A DNA stretch of 64,000 nucleotides from an uncultured Chloroflexia bacterium (GTDB taxonomy: Bacteria; Chloroflexota; Limnocylindria; Limnocylindrales; CSP1-4), in the NCBI GenBank assembly GCA_963833225.1, contig CAWHXD010000017.1:256001-320000 (forward strand), read 5' to 3'. Shown piece by piece: positions 28,821 to 38,732 of the stretch. Under the pieces are notes generated by a model that saw nothing but the letters and a program-made list of their open reading frames with translations, made no database searches and was not told where the DNA came from. Position numbers and translations under genes: made by a program. Position 1 is the stretch's first letter; every line of letters starts with the position of its first letter.

Positions 28821-29827
28821 CGTGCGGGGATGGTAGCGTCCCTGCGCCAGCGGCCGACGTCACGATCATGCGCCGCGAGGATGGCGCTGCAGACCTCGGC
28901 CGGGCGATAGCGCATCAGGTTGTGGGCGGCCGTGGCGAATCCCGCCACCCGGATCGGCCCATGCCCGGCGCTGACTCGTGCCTCGCCCGCCCGCCGCAGC
29001 TCGGCCAGTCGCGCGTCGCGCTCCCCGGATGCCAGGGCCACGAGCGCGGTGACCGGCGCCGTGACCCGCGTCAAAGCGTCGACCGGGTCGATCGCGAACA
29101 TCGTGCGCACGACCGCGGTGGCCACGTGGGGTCTCACGGCCCGGACGACATGCCCGGCCGCCGTCTCCACCACCGAGTCGCGCGCGGACCGCTCCTGGTC
29201 CAGATCCCAAGTCGACGGGTCGAACCCGCGCCGGTCCGCCAGCCAGGCGTCGAGCGTGCGAAGGACCTCCGGTGGCTCGTCGAGGTTGCGCAGGAAGTCG
29301 TCCACATCCACCCCGGTCGTCTCCTCCATGCGCTCCCAACCGCCGTCGACGAGCACCAGGCCGGCGCACCGCCGCCCGAGGGCCGCTGCGGCAACGGCGG
29401 CAGCCGCCGCCCCGAACCCGTGCCCGGCCAGCACGACCCGGCCGCCGTCAAGCGCCCCCGAACCCTCGGCGACGACGACGATGTCAGCGGCAAGGGTCGC
29501 AAGGTCGTAGCCACCGGATGACGCGTCCGAGAGACCGTGGCCCCGGAGGTCCGCGACCACCGTCCGCCGCTCCACCCGCAGCCGACGCGCGACCGGCGCC
29601 CACGACCACGCGACCGAGAGGAAGCCCGGGATCAGCAGGATGCCCGGGGCACCTGGATCGGCAGGGACGGGCGTCTCCGGCCCGCTCCAGTCGTGGAAAT
29701 GGATCCGTGTCCCGTCGTCGGCCGTCACCAGGTACCCCGCGGGCTCGGCCGACGGATCGGGCGCCGGGACGATCTCATCCGGGAACGTGATCGGCAGCAG
29801 CGGCTCGGGCGCGGGGTCGGGCGTCAT
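28817..29827 (-). CDS. Alpha/beta-hydrolase-fold protein lacking the nucleophile Ser (GHGFG)
   Basis: [31 protein letters not shown]. Confidence 0.8.
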   Translation of the reverse strand: MTPDPAPEPLLPITFPDEIVPAPDPSAEPAGYLVTADDGTRIHFHDWSGPETPVPADPGAPGILLIPGFLSVAWSWAPVARRLRVERRTVVADLRGHGLSDASSGGYDLATLAADIVVVAEGSGALDGGRVVLAGHGFGAAAAAVAAAALGRRCAGLVLVDGGWERMEETTGVDVDDFLRNLDEPPEVLRTLDAWLADRRGFDPSTWDLDQERSARDSVVETAAGHVVRAVRPHVATAVVRTMFAIDPVDALTRVTAPVTALVALASGERDARLAELRRAGEARVSAGHGPIRVAGFATAAHNLMRYRPAEVCSAILAAHDRDVGRWRRDATIPAR

Positions 29828-29848
29828 GGCGGCTAGGATACGGGCGCC

Positions 29849-30265
29849 ATGACCAAGCGCCGCCGGGGATCCAGGACAGCCGCCCGTCACCCGCGAGCAC
29901 CGCACCACGTGCGGTTCGAGCTCCTCGTGGACCGGGCGGTCGCCACCATCTCGCAGCCGTTCCGCGCCGCGCTCGACGAGATCGCGCTGGTCATCGCCGA
30001 TGAGCCGTCCGGGGACCAGATCCGCGAGAACGACCTTGGGCCTGACGAGACCCTCTACGGCCTATACGAGGGCGTGCCACTCAACGAGTGGGGCGGCGAC
30101 TTCGTCCCCGTCCCCACCCGGATCACCATCTTCCGCCTGCCGCTCGAGGAGGACTTTCCGGACCCGTCAGACCTCGCCGACGAGGTGCGGATCACGATCC
30201 TTCACGAGCTTGCCCACCACCTGGGCGAGGATGAGGACCGGCTGATGGAGCTCGGGATCGGGTAG
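29849..30265 (+). CDS. Zincin-like metallopeptidase (DUF1025/Zincin_1)
   Basis: LYGLYEGVPL, RITIFR, ITILHELAHHLG. Confidence 0.88.
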   Translation: MTKRRRGSRTAARHPRAPHHVRFELLVDRAVATISQPFRAALDEIALVIADEPSGDQIRENDLGPDETLYGLYEGVPLNEWGGDFVPVPTRITIFRLPLEEDFPDPSDLADEVRITILHELAHHLGEDEDRLMELGIG

Positions 30266-30297
30266 GCGCCGCGCGACCCCGGCTCCGGCCGGCAGCG

Positions 30298-31443
30298 TCA
30301 GGCCGGCAGCGTCAACACCGCACCCACGAGCGAGAGCAGGGCAACGATCGTCACCAGCGCCATCCCGGGCGTGAGCCAGGGGCTGAACAGGCTCGTTCCG
30401 GCCACCGGGCGGTCTCGCCCATCCTGGAGACCCCGGGTGTAGTGCGTCAGCGCGGCGAACGCGTGAACAGCCGGTGCTGCCGCAATCGCTTCGACGAGGA
30501 AGGTCAGGGTGCCCAGCGCGAACACCAGCGCTGCGGCGATCGGCACCACCAGCGGCCGCGGGAAGTCCTCGACGACGCCGGCGCCAATGAGCACCCGGGC
30601 GACGATGTCGATGCCGGCGGACAGCCCGAACAGCACGATGAACTGGCCGAGCACGCTGAACAGGGTGACCACCACGGCGAGGCGCTTGCGGAGCCGGACC
30701 AGCTGCCACGAGCGGGCGATCGCATCGAACATCCCGACCTCGCCGAGCACGATCCCCGCCGCCACGTAGACGAACGGCACAGATACCAGCACCGATACCA
30801 CGAGCGACACACCGAACAGTGGCTCATCTCCCAGCCCGATCCCGAACCCGGCCACGAACTGCACGACCGAGCTGACGATGGCCGTGACGATGCCGACGAG
30901 GAACTGCGCGCCGAGGATCTGCCAGAAGCGCTGCCTGGCCACCGAAATCGACTCGCGAAGGTGCAGCGGTCGCCCCTCCACGCGGCCGCCGATGACGGCC
31001 GTCGCCAGCGAGCGGGCGTCGGTCCCGGCCGCCAGGTAGCCCAGGGCGGCGGGGATCGCGGCCAGGAGGAGCCATCCCAGCCAGGCCGCGGAGCCAGCGT
31101 CCAGCAAATAGGCGTCGGCGATCACCGGCTCGGTGACCATGGGCAGCGTCAGCAGCAGCCCGAAGATCACGATCAGCGGGGCCAGCGACACAAGCAGCAT
31201 GAACCCGACGTAGAAGGACGCCCCGCGCAGGCCGGTGTCCCGACGGGTGAGCAGATCGAGGGACACCTGGACGAGCTCCCGGGTCCCGAGCGGGATCTGG
31301 AGGACCGCCTCGCTGGCGACGGGCCTGGCCGGCGCGTTGGGCGTGTGGACGCCGGGCCGCGACACGCGTGGCGGCGGCGGGGGCAGCGGGACCGCCGGTG
31401 GCGGCGGGGGCGGCAGCGGGAACAGCTCCCCCGGCTCCGCCAT
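30298..31443 (-). CDS. Hypothetical multi-pass membrane protein with Pro-rich N-terminus
   Basis: Seven or more hydrophobic segments; ATG 31443 overlaps upstream stop. Confidence 0.7.
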   Translation of the reverse strand: MAEPGELFPLPPPPPPAVPLPPPPPRVSRPGVHTPNAPARPVASEAVLQIPLGTRELVQVSLDLLTRRDTGLRGASFYVGFMLLVSLAPLIVIFGLLLTLPMVTEPVIADAYLLDAGSAAWLGWLLLAAIPAALGYLAAGTDARSLATAVIGGRVEGRPLHLRESISVARQRFWQILGAQFLVGIVTAIVSSVVQFVAGFGIGLGDEPLFGVSLVVSVLVSVPFVYVAAGIVLGEVGMFDAIARSWQLVRLRKRLAVVVTLFSVLGQFIVLFGLSAGIDIVARVLIGAGVVEDFPRPLVVPIAAALVFALGTLTFLVEAIAAAPAVHAFAALTHYTRGLQDGRDRPVAGTSLFSPWLTPGMALVTIVALLSLVGAVLTLPA

Positions 31444-32459
31444 CAGCGAGGCGAGGCCAGCGGCGCCGCGTCGGCGAGCAGCGATCCGAGCTGGTCCGTC
31501 GCCACGTTGCCGCCCGACAGGATGACCGCCACCCGGTCGCCGCTGCGAATCGGGATCGCTCCGGTCAGCACGGCGGCCAGGGCCGCGGCCCCGGCGGGCT
31601 CCAGGACCTGCTTGAGCCGCTCCACCGAGAACCGGACGCCCGACAGGATCGTCGCGTCGTCGATCGCGACCACGCCCTCCAGGTACCTGACGGCGATCTC
31701 CAGCGCCAGCCGCCCCGCATACGGCGCGTTGAGGCCGTCCGCGACGCTGTGCGGCGTCAGAGGCACCGGCTCGCCGGCCGCCATCGCCCGGCCGAGCGCA
31801 TCGGATCCGGTCGGCTCCACGGCGTAGATCCGGGTCTGCGGCCGGAGCTCCCCGACCGCAACGGCAACCCCGGCCATGAGCCCGCCCCCGCCGACCGCGA
31901 CGACCAGCACGTCGACGTCGGGCAGGTCCTCGAGAATCTCGAGACCGCACGAGCCATTGCCGAGGAGCACCTCCGGGTCGTCGAACGGGTGAACGAGCGC
32001 GAGCCCCCGCTCGGCCCGCAGCTCCTCGAGACGCAGGAGCGACTCCCCCACGTGCTCACCGTGGAGGACGACCTCCGCGCCGTAATCGAGGCACGCCGCG
32101 ACCTTGGACTGGACCGCCCCCGCCGGCATCACCACCGTCATCGGCACGCCCGCCTCACGGGCCGCCCACGCGTATGCCTGGCCGGCGTTGCCGGCGGAGA
32201 TCGTGATCGCGCCGTGCAGACGCTCCTGCGGGGTGAGCGACGAGATCCTCGACAGCGCCGCACGAGCCTTGAACGAGCCCGTCTTCTGGAGGTGGTCCGC
32301 CTTGAGGTACAGGCGCCCATCCGCAAGCTGGGTGCCAACGCGATCCCCCGCCACCCGCGCGGCGGTCGTCGATGTCAGCATCGGGGTGTGGTGGATCCGC
32401 TTGCCCAGCAGCGTCCGGGTCTCGCGGATGCCGGCAAGGGTCACGGGCGACTGGCTCAC
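31443..32459 (-). CDS. PLP-dependent threonine/serine dehydratase (racemase) family
   Basis: LQKTGSFKAR, SAGNAGQ, VGGGGL, EPAGAAA, SGGN. Confidence 0.92.
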   Translation of the reverse strand: MSQSPVTLAGIRETRTLLGKRIHHTPMLTSTTAARVAGDRVGTQLADGRLYLKADHLQKTGSFKARAALSRISSLTPQERLHGAITISAGNAGQAYAWAAREAGVPMTVVMPAGAVQSKVAACLDYGAEVVLHGEHVGESLLRLEELRAERGLALVHPFDDPEVLLGNGSCGLEILEDLPDVDVLVVAVGGGGLMAGVAVAVGELRPQTRIYAVEPTGSDALGRAMAAGEPVPLTPHSVADGLNAPYAGRLALEIAVRYLEGVVAIDDATILSGVRFSVERLKQVLEPAGAAALAAVLTGAIPIRSGDRVAVILSGGNVATDQLGSLLADAAPLASPR

Positions 32460-32551
32460 GCCGCCGAGTATGGGGCCATCGCCCCGGCTCGCGCGACCGC
32501 GCGACGCAGCTGTGACTTGCGTCCTTGCGCAAACAGTGAGAAACTGGCCGC

Positions 32552-32848
32552 GTGATCGACATCATGGGCAGCACCGACGAGGATCGCAGCCGGTTTGCGG
32601 CTGTGGCCCGGGCGCTCGGTGACCCCAAGCGGCTGTGCGTCCTGGAATCCCTCGCCGGTGGCGAGGCGTCCGTGGGCGAGCTCGCCACGCGGGTCAGCTG
32701 CCAGGTGCCGAACATGAGCCAGCACCTCGCGGTGCTGCGCTCGGCCGGGCTCGTCACCGCTCGCCGCGATGGCAGCACGGTCTACTACCGCCTCGCGGAC
32801 CCCAGGGTGCTCGAGGCCTATCGGGTTCTTCAAACCATCGCCCGCTGA
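32552..32848 (+). CDS. ArsR-family transcriptional regulator
   Basis: ALGDPKRL, SVGEL, SQHLAVLRSAGLV, VYYRL. Confidence 0.9.
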   Translation: MIDIMGSTDEDRSRFAAVARALGDPKRLCVLESLAGGEASVGELATRVSCQVPNMSQHLAVLRSAGLVTARRDGSTVYYRLADPRVLEAYRVLQTIAR

Positions 32849-32896
32849 ACGGGACGAGACAGGTCCGCCGTCCTGGCGGAAGAAAGGAGCCGCCCC

Positions 32897-33241
32897 TTGG
32901 CGGAGATCAAGCAGGCGACTGACGATACGTTCGAGGCGCTGGTGCTCAACAACGACAAGCCGGTGGTGGTCGACTTCTGGGCCGCCTGGTGCGGGCCCTG
33001 CAAGATGGTCGCCCCCGAGATGGAGAAGCTGGCCGCCAAGTACGAGGGCGTGGTCGACGTGGTCAAGGTCGATGTCGACGCCAACCCGCGGTTGTCGCAG
33101 GCGTTCGGGATCATGAGCATCCCGACCATCGCGTGCTTCAAGCCAGGCGAGCAGCCCCAGGGCGTCGTCGGCTTCCGGCCGCTCGACCAGCTGGAGCAGG
33201 CGTTCGGCCTCACCGCGCTCGCGACGGCCCCGCAGAACTAG
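32897..33241 (+). CDS. trxA: Thioredoxin
   Basis: VDFWAAWCGPCK, SIPT; SD AAGGAG. Confidence 0.95.
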   Translation: MAEIKQATDDTFEALVLNNDKPVVVDFWAAWCGPCKMVAPEMEKLAAKYEGVVDVVKVDVDANPRLSQAFGIMSIPTIACFKPGEQPQGVVGFRPLDQLEQAFGLTALATAPQN

Positions 33242-33263
33242 CCTCTCCCTTCCCCAGCGTCCC

Positions 33264-33291
33264 ACGACCCTGGCCCGTCGGCCGGGGTCGT
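33264..33291. terminator. Hairpin terminator after trxA
   Basis: ACGACCCTGGCC-CGTC-GGCCGGGGTCGT. Confidence 0.6.
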
Positions 33292-33307
33292 TCCATGTCC
33301 AGCGCGA

Positions 33308-33706
33308 TCAGTCGCTGGCCGCCCGCCGGTGCGCCGATCGGATCCACGCCTCCGCGCGATCGAGCGCGAACCGGTCCACCACGATCGGCGTGAACGCAAT
33401 CCACCCGGCGCCACGTGGCGAGGTGAGCGTGTCCCCCGTCCGCAGCGCCGCCTTGGCGACCGCCGCATCCAGCGAGACCTCGAGCACGTCCGGCAACAGC
33501 ACGGCGAACGGCCGCCCGCCGGTCAGGTACGCGACCGACTCTCCATCCCGCACCCGCTCCACTCCGTCGAGGTCATCGACCACGGTCTCGACCCGCTCGT
33601 CCAGGGTCTCGTCGACCTCGGCCGCGGCCTCGAGCGCGGCGGCGGCCGCCTCGGACGGGTCAAGCGGCGCCGCATCGTCGACGTCGTCGGTCTCGTCGCC
33701 GGCCAT
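33308..33706 (-). CDS. Hypothetical protein (YjbR/TfoX-like fold possible)
   Basis: Acidic N-terminus, GGRPFA, GWIAF, W..SAHR. Confidence 0.6.
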   Translation of the reverse strand: MAGDETDDVDDAAPLDPSEAAAAALEAAAEVDETLDERVETVVDDLDGVERVRDGESVAYLTGGRPFAVLLPDVLEVSLDAAVAKAALRTGDTLTSPRGAGWIAFTPIVVDRFALDRAEAWIRSAHRRAASD

Positions 33707-33744
33707 CGGGTCGAAGTGCCCGTTGCCGGACCGCGGGCCGCCTG

Positions 33745-34230
33745 TCACGAGACAGCCGAGAGGATGGCCCGGAGGTCGGCGAGGTGCTCGTCGTAGTGCT
33801 CCGTGGTCTCGCCGAACAGCCACTCCTGGTTGGCGGCATGCTTGATCCAGCGCGACTCGGGGACCACCGTCAGGTAGCCGCGGAGCTCGCCGGCAACCTC
33901 GCCGAAGCGCGCCCGGAGCTCGTCGAGCGGCATCGCCCGATAGCGCTCCACAGCCTCGTCGTTGATCCGGTCCCGCGCCTCCGGTGACACCGACCACTCG
34001 GCCTCGAGTCGTTCCATCGTCGGGCTCCGCTCGCCGACCGCCAGCTCCTTGGCCGTCGCAAGGGCCTCCTCCTGGCACAGCAGGATGTGGCCGATCAGGT
34101 CTCGCCCGGACCAGCCGTGGGCGGCCTCCACCGGCGTCGAGAGCCGCTCGTCGGTCAGCGCGAGCAGCGCCTCATATCCGCGGAACGTATCGCGTTCGTC
34201 TTCGAGGAAGGAGAGGGCATCGAGATACAT
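33745..34230 (-). CDS. DinB/ClbS/DfsB-like four-helix bundle protein
   Basis: GWSGRDLIGH, EHYDEH. Confidence 0.8.
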   Translation of the reverse strand: MYLDALSFLEDERDTFRGYEALLALTDERLSTPVEAAHGWSGRDLIGHILLCQEEALATAKELAVGERSPTMERLEAEWSVSPEARDRINDEAVERYRAMPLDELRARFGEVAGELRGYLTVVPESRWIKHAANQEWLFGETTEHYDEHLADLRAILSAVS

Positions 34231-34278
34231 GACCGCATGGTAGTCCCGCTGTCGCGTCCCGATCCGCCGACCGGGCGG

Positions 34279-34620
34279 TCAGTTGAGGCGTTCCTGCCAG
34301 TCCGGGGGTACGCGGTCGGCCGGGCCGGGCCGGGCCTGGTCGAGTGGCCGGTTCAGTGGCGGCGCCAGCTCAGGCCCGTCCACGGGCTCGCCAGCGGCAA
34401 AGTCCCAGAACCAGTCCTCGCCGGGCTCGAAGCTCCGCGCCACCGGATGACCGGCGTCGGCGGCATGGCGGGTCGCGTGGCGGTTGGGCGAGGAGTCGCA
34501 GCAGCCGATGTGCCCGCAGGCGGCGCACCGGCGCAGGTTGAGCCACCAGCCGTCACCGGCCAGGCATTCCACGCAGCCGGTGCCGCTGGGCGGCACAGAG
34601 GGGTCGATCGGGACGGGCAT
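34279..34620 (-). CDS. UBP-type zinc-finger protein
   Basis: GCVEC...LRRCAACGHIGCCDSSPNRHATRH...SFEPGEDWFW. Confidence 0.9.
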   Translation of the reverse strand: MPVPIDPSVPPSGTGCVECLAGDGWWLNLRRCAACGHIGCCDSSPNRHATRHAADAGHPVARSFEPGEDWFWDFAAGEPVDGPELAPPLNRPLDQARPGPADRVPPDWQERLN

Positions 34621-34741
34621 TCGGCACCTCGAAGCCTGCGGGTCGGGCCGAGCACCATGCATGGGACGCGCGGACCGGGCCGACCGTGCCCATCGTACGT
34701 GGTGGGCACGCCGCTGGTCGCGCGATGCTAGAGTCGCCTCG

Positions 34742-35443
34742 ATGAGCGACGACGTCCCGTTCCGCCTGCCGCCGGTGGACCCGTCCGTGGCCGACGATGT
34801 CCCCTCCGCCTCCCTGTCGCCCGAGCTGCTGGCCGCCCTGCTGGCCGACGGTGATGACGAGCTGGCGGCGTGGACCCTCCAGCACGCGATGGAGGACTCG
34901 TCGCGGACGGCGGTCTACGACGGGATCCTGCGCGATGCCATGACCCTCGTCGGCGAGAACTGGTCGACGGGCCGCTGGTCGGTGGCCGAGGAGCACCTCG
35001 CATCGCGCACGCTGCTCCGGACCCTCGATCGCATCGGCCCGGAGCTCGGGCCGGAGGGCCGCATCGGGTCGCTGGCCGTCCTCGCAGGCGTGGCCGGCGA
35101 GCAGCACATGATCGGGCTCGTCTGCCTCGAGCACACCCTCGCCGAGGACGGCTGGACCGTCGCGAATCTGGGAGCCGACCTGCCCGCCGCGGATCTCGGT
35201 ACGTTCGTGGCCCGCAACGAGATCGCCATCGTCTGCCTGTCCGCGCTCGATCGAGGCCTGGTGGGCAGCCTGGCCGATTCGGTGAAGGCGGTCAAGGACG
35301 CGAACGCCGGGATCCCCGTGATCGTGGGCGGGCAGATCGCCGCGGTGCCCGGCCTCGCAGCGACGGTGGGCGCCGACGGCGTCGTGCATTCGCTCGCCGA
35401 GGCGGTCGCTAGCGCGCGGAGTCACCGCCCGCGTCCGCCCTGA
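34742..35443 (+). CDS. Stand-alone cobalamin-binding domain protein (CarH/AerR-type)
   Basis: W-x9-EH ([12 protein letters not shown]), [19 protein letters not shown]; no HTH. Confidence 0.85.
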   Translation: MSDDVPFRLPPVDPSVADDVPSASLSPELLAALLADGDDELAAWTLQHAMEDSSRTAVYDGILRDAMTLVGENWSTGRWSVAEEHLASRTLLRTLDRIGPELGPEGRIGSLAVLAGVAGEQHMIGLVCLEHTLAEDGWTVANLGADLPAADLGTFVARNEIAIVCLSALDRGLVGSLADSVKAVKDANAGIPVIVGGQIAAVPGLAATVGADGVVHSLAEAVASARSHRPRPP

Positions 35444-37247
35444 TGCAGACGGAGACCGGCTCCCGGTACTCCCCGAAGACCTCGCGCAGCACGCGGCATT
35501 GCTCGCCGAGGGTGGCATAGGCCTGGGCGCAGCGGATGAAATGCGGCATCAGGTTCGTCTCGCTTGTTCCGGGCCGTGACGCCGCCTCGCGCAGCCCGGC
35601 CAGGGCCGCCGCCACCGCGACCCCGTCACGGTCCGCCCGGACCCGGGCCAGGCGGGCCAGGTGGCGCTCCTCCGAGCCAGCGGGCACCGACAGCACGGGA
35701 ACCCGGATCGGCTCCGCGTTCACGTACCGGTTGACCCCGACGATCGCGCGCTCGCCGGCATCGAACTCGCGCTGGAAGCGGTACGCCGAGTCGGCGATCT
35801 CGCGCTGCGGATAGCCCTCCTCGATGGCCCTGGTCATCCCGCCACGCCGGTCGATCTCGTCGAGGTACCGCCAGACTTCGCGCTCGACCCGGTTGGTCAG
35901 GCTCTCGACAAACCACGAGCCTCCGAGCGGGTCCACGGTGGACGCCACGCCCGTCTCCTCGAAGATCACCTGCTGCTGCCGCAGCGCGAGCAGCGCGGCC
36001 TCGGCGGTGGGGACGGCGAGCGCCTCGTCGTAGGCATCCGTGTGGAGCGACTGCGTCCCACCCAGGATCGCGGCGAGGGCCTGGGTCGCGACGCGGGTCA
36101 GGTTGTTGAGCGGCTGCTGCGGGGTCAGCGATACGCCCGCGGTCTGGGTGTGGAAGCGCATCCATGTCGAGCGCTCGTTCTCCGCCCGGTAGCGCTCGCT
36201 CATCAGCTTCCACCAGATCCGGCGCGATGCCCGGAACTTGGCGATCTCCTCGAAGAAGTCCGAGTGGCTGTTGAAGAAGAAGGACAGCCGCGGGGCGAAG
36301 TCGTCAACCCGGAGTCCGCGAGCGATGGCCGCCTCGACGTAGGCCATGCCGTCGGCGATGGTGAACGCGAGCTCCTGGACGGCCGTCGAACCCGCTTCGC
36401 GGATGTGGTAGCCGCTGATGGACACGGTGTTCCAGCGCGGCAGCTCGCGCGTCCCGAACTCGATCGTGTCCACGACCAGGCGCATCGACGGCTCGGGCGG
36501 GAACAGGAACTCCTTCTGGGCAACGTACTCCTTGAGGATGTCGTTCTGGATCGTGCCCTCGAGCCGTGCCCGGGGCACGCCGGACTTCTCGGCCGCGACG
36601 ATGTACATCGCCCAGATCGGCGCCGCCGGCGCGTTGATCGTCATCGAGGTGCTCACGCGATCGAGCGGCAGGCCCTCGAGCAGCAGCTCCATGTCGGCGA
36701 GGCTGCTGACCGCGACGCCGCACGTCCCGAACTCGCCCTCGGCCTCCGGGTCGTCCGTGTCGTAGCCGTAGAGCGTCGGCATGTCGTAGGCGACCGACAG
36801 GCCGGTCTGGCCGGCGTCAAGCAGCTGGCGGAAGCGGGCGTTGGTGTCCTCCGCGCTGCCGAATCCGGCGAACATGCGCATGGTCCACGGTCGCGAGCGG
36901 TAGCCGGTGGGATGGATGCCGCGGGTGAACGGCGGCTCACCGGGCATGCCCAGGTCGCGGAGCAGGTCCGCGTCGGCGTAGGGGCCGGCGCCCGTGCGCA
37001 GTGGATCGCCATGGTGGTCGACGGCGGTCGGTCCGCCGGGACCCGGGTGCTCGTACGGGCCGGTGGGCGTCGTGCCGTGATCGGCGTCACCCGCCAGGTC
37101 CCACGGACCGTACAGGCCCTCGACCGGAAGATCGCCGAGGGTGGTGAATGCGTCGCGGCGCTCCGGCAGCCGGTCGAGCGAGGGGGCGAGGCGCTCGATG
37201 CGCCACATGCGGCGGCGCGAGGCCCAGGGGTCGGTGGGATCGCTCAT
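35409..37247 (-). CDS. AdoCbl acyl-CoA mutase large subunit, isobutyryl-CoA mutase-like
   Basis: [52 protein letters not shown]. Confidence 0.92.
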   Translation of the reverse strand: MSDPTDPWASRRRMWRIERLAPSLDRLPERRDAFTTLGDLPVEGLYGPWDLAGDADHGTTPTGPYEHPGPGGPTAVDHHGDPLRTGAGPYADADLLRDLGMPGEPPFTRGIHPTGYRSRPWTMRMFAGFGSAEDTNARFRQLLDAGQTGLSVAYDMPTLYGYDTDDPEAEGEFGTCGVAVSSLADMELLLEGLPLDRVSTSMTINAPAAPIWAMYIVAAEKSGVPRARLEGTIQNDILKEYVAQKEFLFPPEPSMRLVVDTIEFGTRELPRWNTVSISGYHIREAGSTAVQELAFTIADGMAYVEAAIARGLRVDDFAPRLSFFFNSHSDFFEEIAKFRASRRIWWKLMSERYRAENERSTWMRFHTQTAGVSLTPQQPLNNLTRVATQALAAILGGTQSLHTDAYDEALAVPTAEAALLALRQQQVIFEETGVASTVDPLGGSWFVESLTNRVEREVWRYLDEIDRRGGMTRAIEEGYPQREIADSAYRFQREFDAGERAIVGVNRYVNAEPIRVPVLSVPAGSEERHLARLARVRADRDGVAVAAALAGLREAASRPGTSETNLMPHFIRCAQAYATLGEQCRVLREVFGEYREPVSVCIRADAGGDSAR

Positions 37248-37313
37248 GGTCGCCGACTCTAGCACCCGGTCCCGACGAGCTTCCGCCGGCCGGCGTCAAG
37301 GACTCGATCCGCG

Positions 37314-37471
37314 CCATCGTCGGCGCTCGGGTCCGCGCCCGGATCCGCGCCACACCATCGTCGGCGCTCGGGTCCGCGCCGGTATCCGCGTTCCGTTGAC
37401 TGGGAGTCCTCGGAATCGCCGGCGCCGGCATCGGAGAGCCCGATCCGTTGGCTGGGAGCCACCGAAATCGC
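37314..37471. repeat. Two pairs of short direct repeats upstream of the mutase
   Basis: CCATCGTCGGCGCTCGGGTCCGCGCC at 37314 and 37355; degenerate 28-mer TCCGTTGRCTGGGAG... at 37392 and 37444. Confidence 0.7.
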
Positions 37472-37611
37472 GGCCGGTGCCCACCAGTGCGGACTCCGGC
37501 GCAACGAAACCGGCGGATCGACGAGCCAAGCGGCGTTCGCGTGGACTGGCAGTCCACGCCCGGCGAGCCTGCGGCTTGGGCAACGCGACAGCGATCGATT
37601 GGCGATCAAGG

Positions 37612-38034
37612 CTACGGGTCGTCGCAGCTGACCATGTCGTCGGAGAAGTAGCCGCACGCGACCAGCACGGGCTCGCGGCCCTCCATCGTGAGCAGCGCGG
37701 CCCAACCGTCCTCCGGGAAATCCGCGCGTTCACTCCAATCCGGGGGCGCGTCGCGGACATCGACCGCGACCAGGCGCGCTGGCAGCGGCTCGGTGAACAC
37801 CAGGTCCCGGCTGAGGCGATCGGAGATCGAGATCCTGGTGTCGTGGCAGGCGGCTGCGCTCGACGTCGAACAGGTGACCGTCGGAGGCTGGAGCTCCCGG
37901 CAGAGCAGGAAGCCCGCAACGGCGAGGACACCGATGGCGACGACCAGCGCCCCCGCCAGCAGCCGCTGAGGCCCAACACGCCTGACGTCGTTGCCGTGCT
38001 CGAGTGGAGCGTGATCCGTGATCGTCACTCCCAT
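37612..38034 (-). CDS. Hypothetical membrane-anchored exported protein
   Basis: TM LLAGALVVAIGVLAVAGFLL; Cys pairs; start uncertain. Confidence 0.55.
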   Translation of the reverse strand: MGVTITDHAPLEHGNDVRRVGPQRLLAGALVVAIGVLAVAGFLLCRELQPPTVTCSTSSAAACHDTRISISDRLSRDLVFTEPLPARLVAVDVRDAPPDWSERADFPEDGWAALLTMEGREPVLVACGYFSDDMVSCDDP

Positions 38035-38117
38035 CCCCTGTCGCTGCTTCTCGCGCCGCCTATTGGCCACACCGTGATGAGACCGGCCTCACCGTGACAC
38101 CGGCGCTGCCGTGTCAC

Positions 38118-38732
38118 TCAGGGGGTGCCGAGGGTCTCCAGCAGGGCGGCCACCTTCGCGTCACCGAGATCCGCCGCGAGCAGGACCCGGACCACGTCCT
38201 CGCCCGCCACCTGCCAGGCGACAACCGTCTGGCCAGTGCCATCGGAGCCGAGGACGTCAAGCCGCTTCGCGGGAGTCCCTCCCACGGTCGTGTCGGAGCG
38301 CTGGAGCTTCTCCGTCCGGCGCGCGCTCTCGGCCGACAGGGCATAGAACTCCAGCATCTTCGTCGCGTCCAGGCCGTCCGCCTTGAACACGGCGAGGGTC
38401 AGGCCGCTCGTGCCGCCGGTCTGCCACGTCGCACCCGCGAACCGCAGCCCGGCGATCCCCGCATCGGCGAGCGATCCCAGCGCCTCGGGCGAGCAGACGC
38501 GGCCACTGTCCACGCTGTCCGGCGCTCGGCCCTCGTAGTCAGTGGCGAGCATGGCCTCGAGCTCCGGGTACGCACCCGGCTGCTGGCCCTCAGCGGGACA
38601 GGGAGCGGCTGGATCGAAGGTCACGACCACGGGATCGGACGCCGCGCAGGCGCCCAGCAGCAGCATGACGGCAAGCAGGCCGGCCGGGGCGAACAGGCTG
38701 GCCAGGAGGGGGCGGCGGCGATGTGTGGACAT
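38118..38732 (-). CDS. Hypothetical lipoprotein
   Basis: Basic N-terminus, hydrophobic core, lipobox LLGAC. Confidence 0.7.
   Translation of the reverse strand: MSTHRRRPLLASLFAPAGLLAVMLLLGACAASDPVVVTFDPAAPCPAEGQQPGAYPELEAMLATDYEGRAPDSVDSGRVCSPEALGSLADAGIAGLRFAGATWQTGGTSGLTLAVFKADGLDATKMLEFYALSAESARRTEKLQRSDTTVGGTPAKRLDVLGSDGTGQTVVAWQVAGEDVVRVLLAADLGDAKVAALLETLGTP

Noticed and set aside
37262-37610. Cobalamin riboswitch upstream of the mutase
   Set aside because: No B12-box or GGGAA/GCCACTG core found, and the gene looks leaderless.
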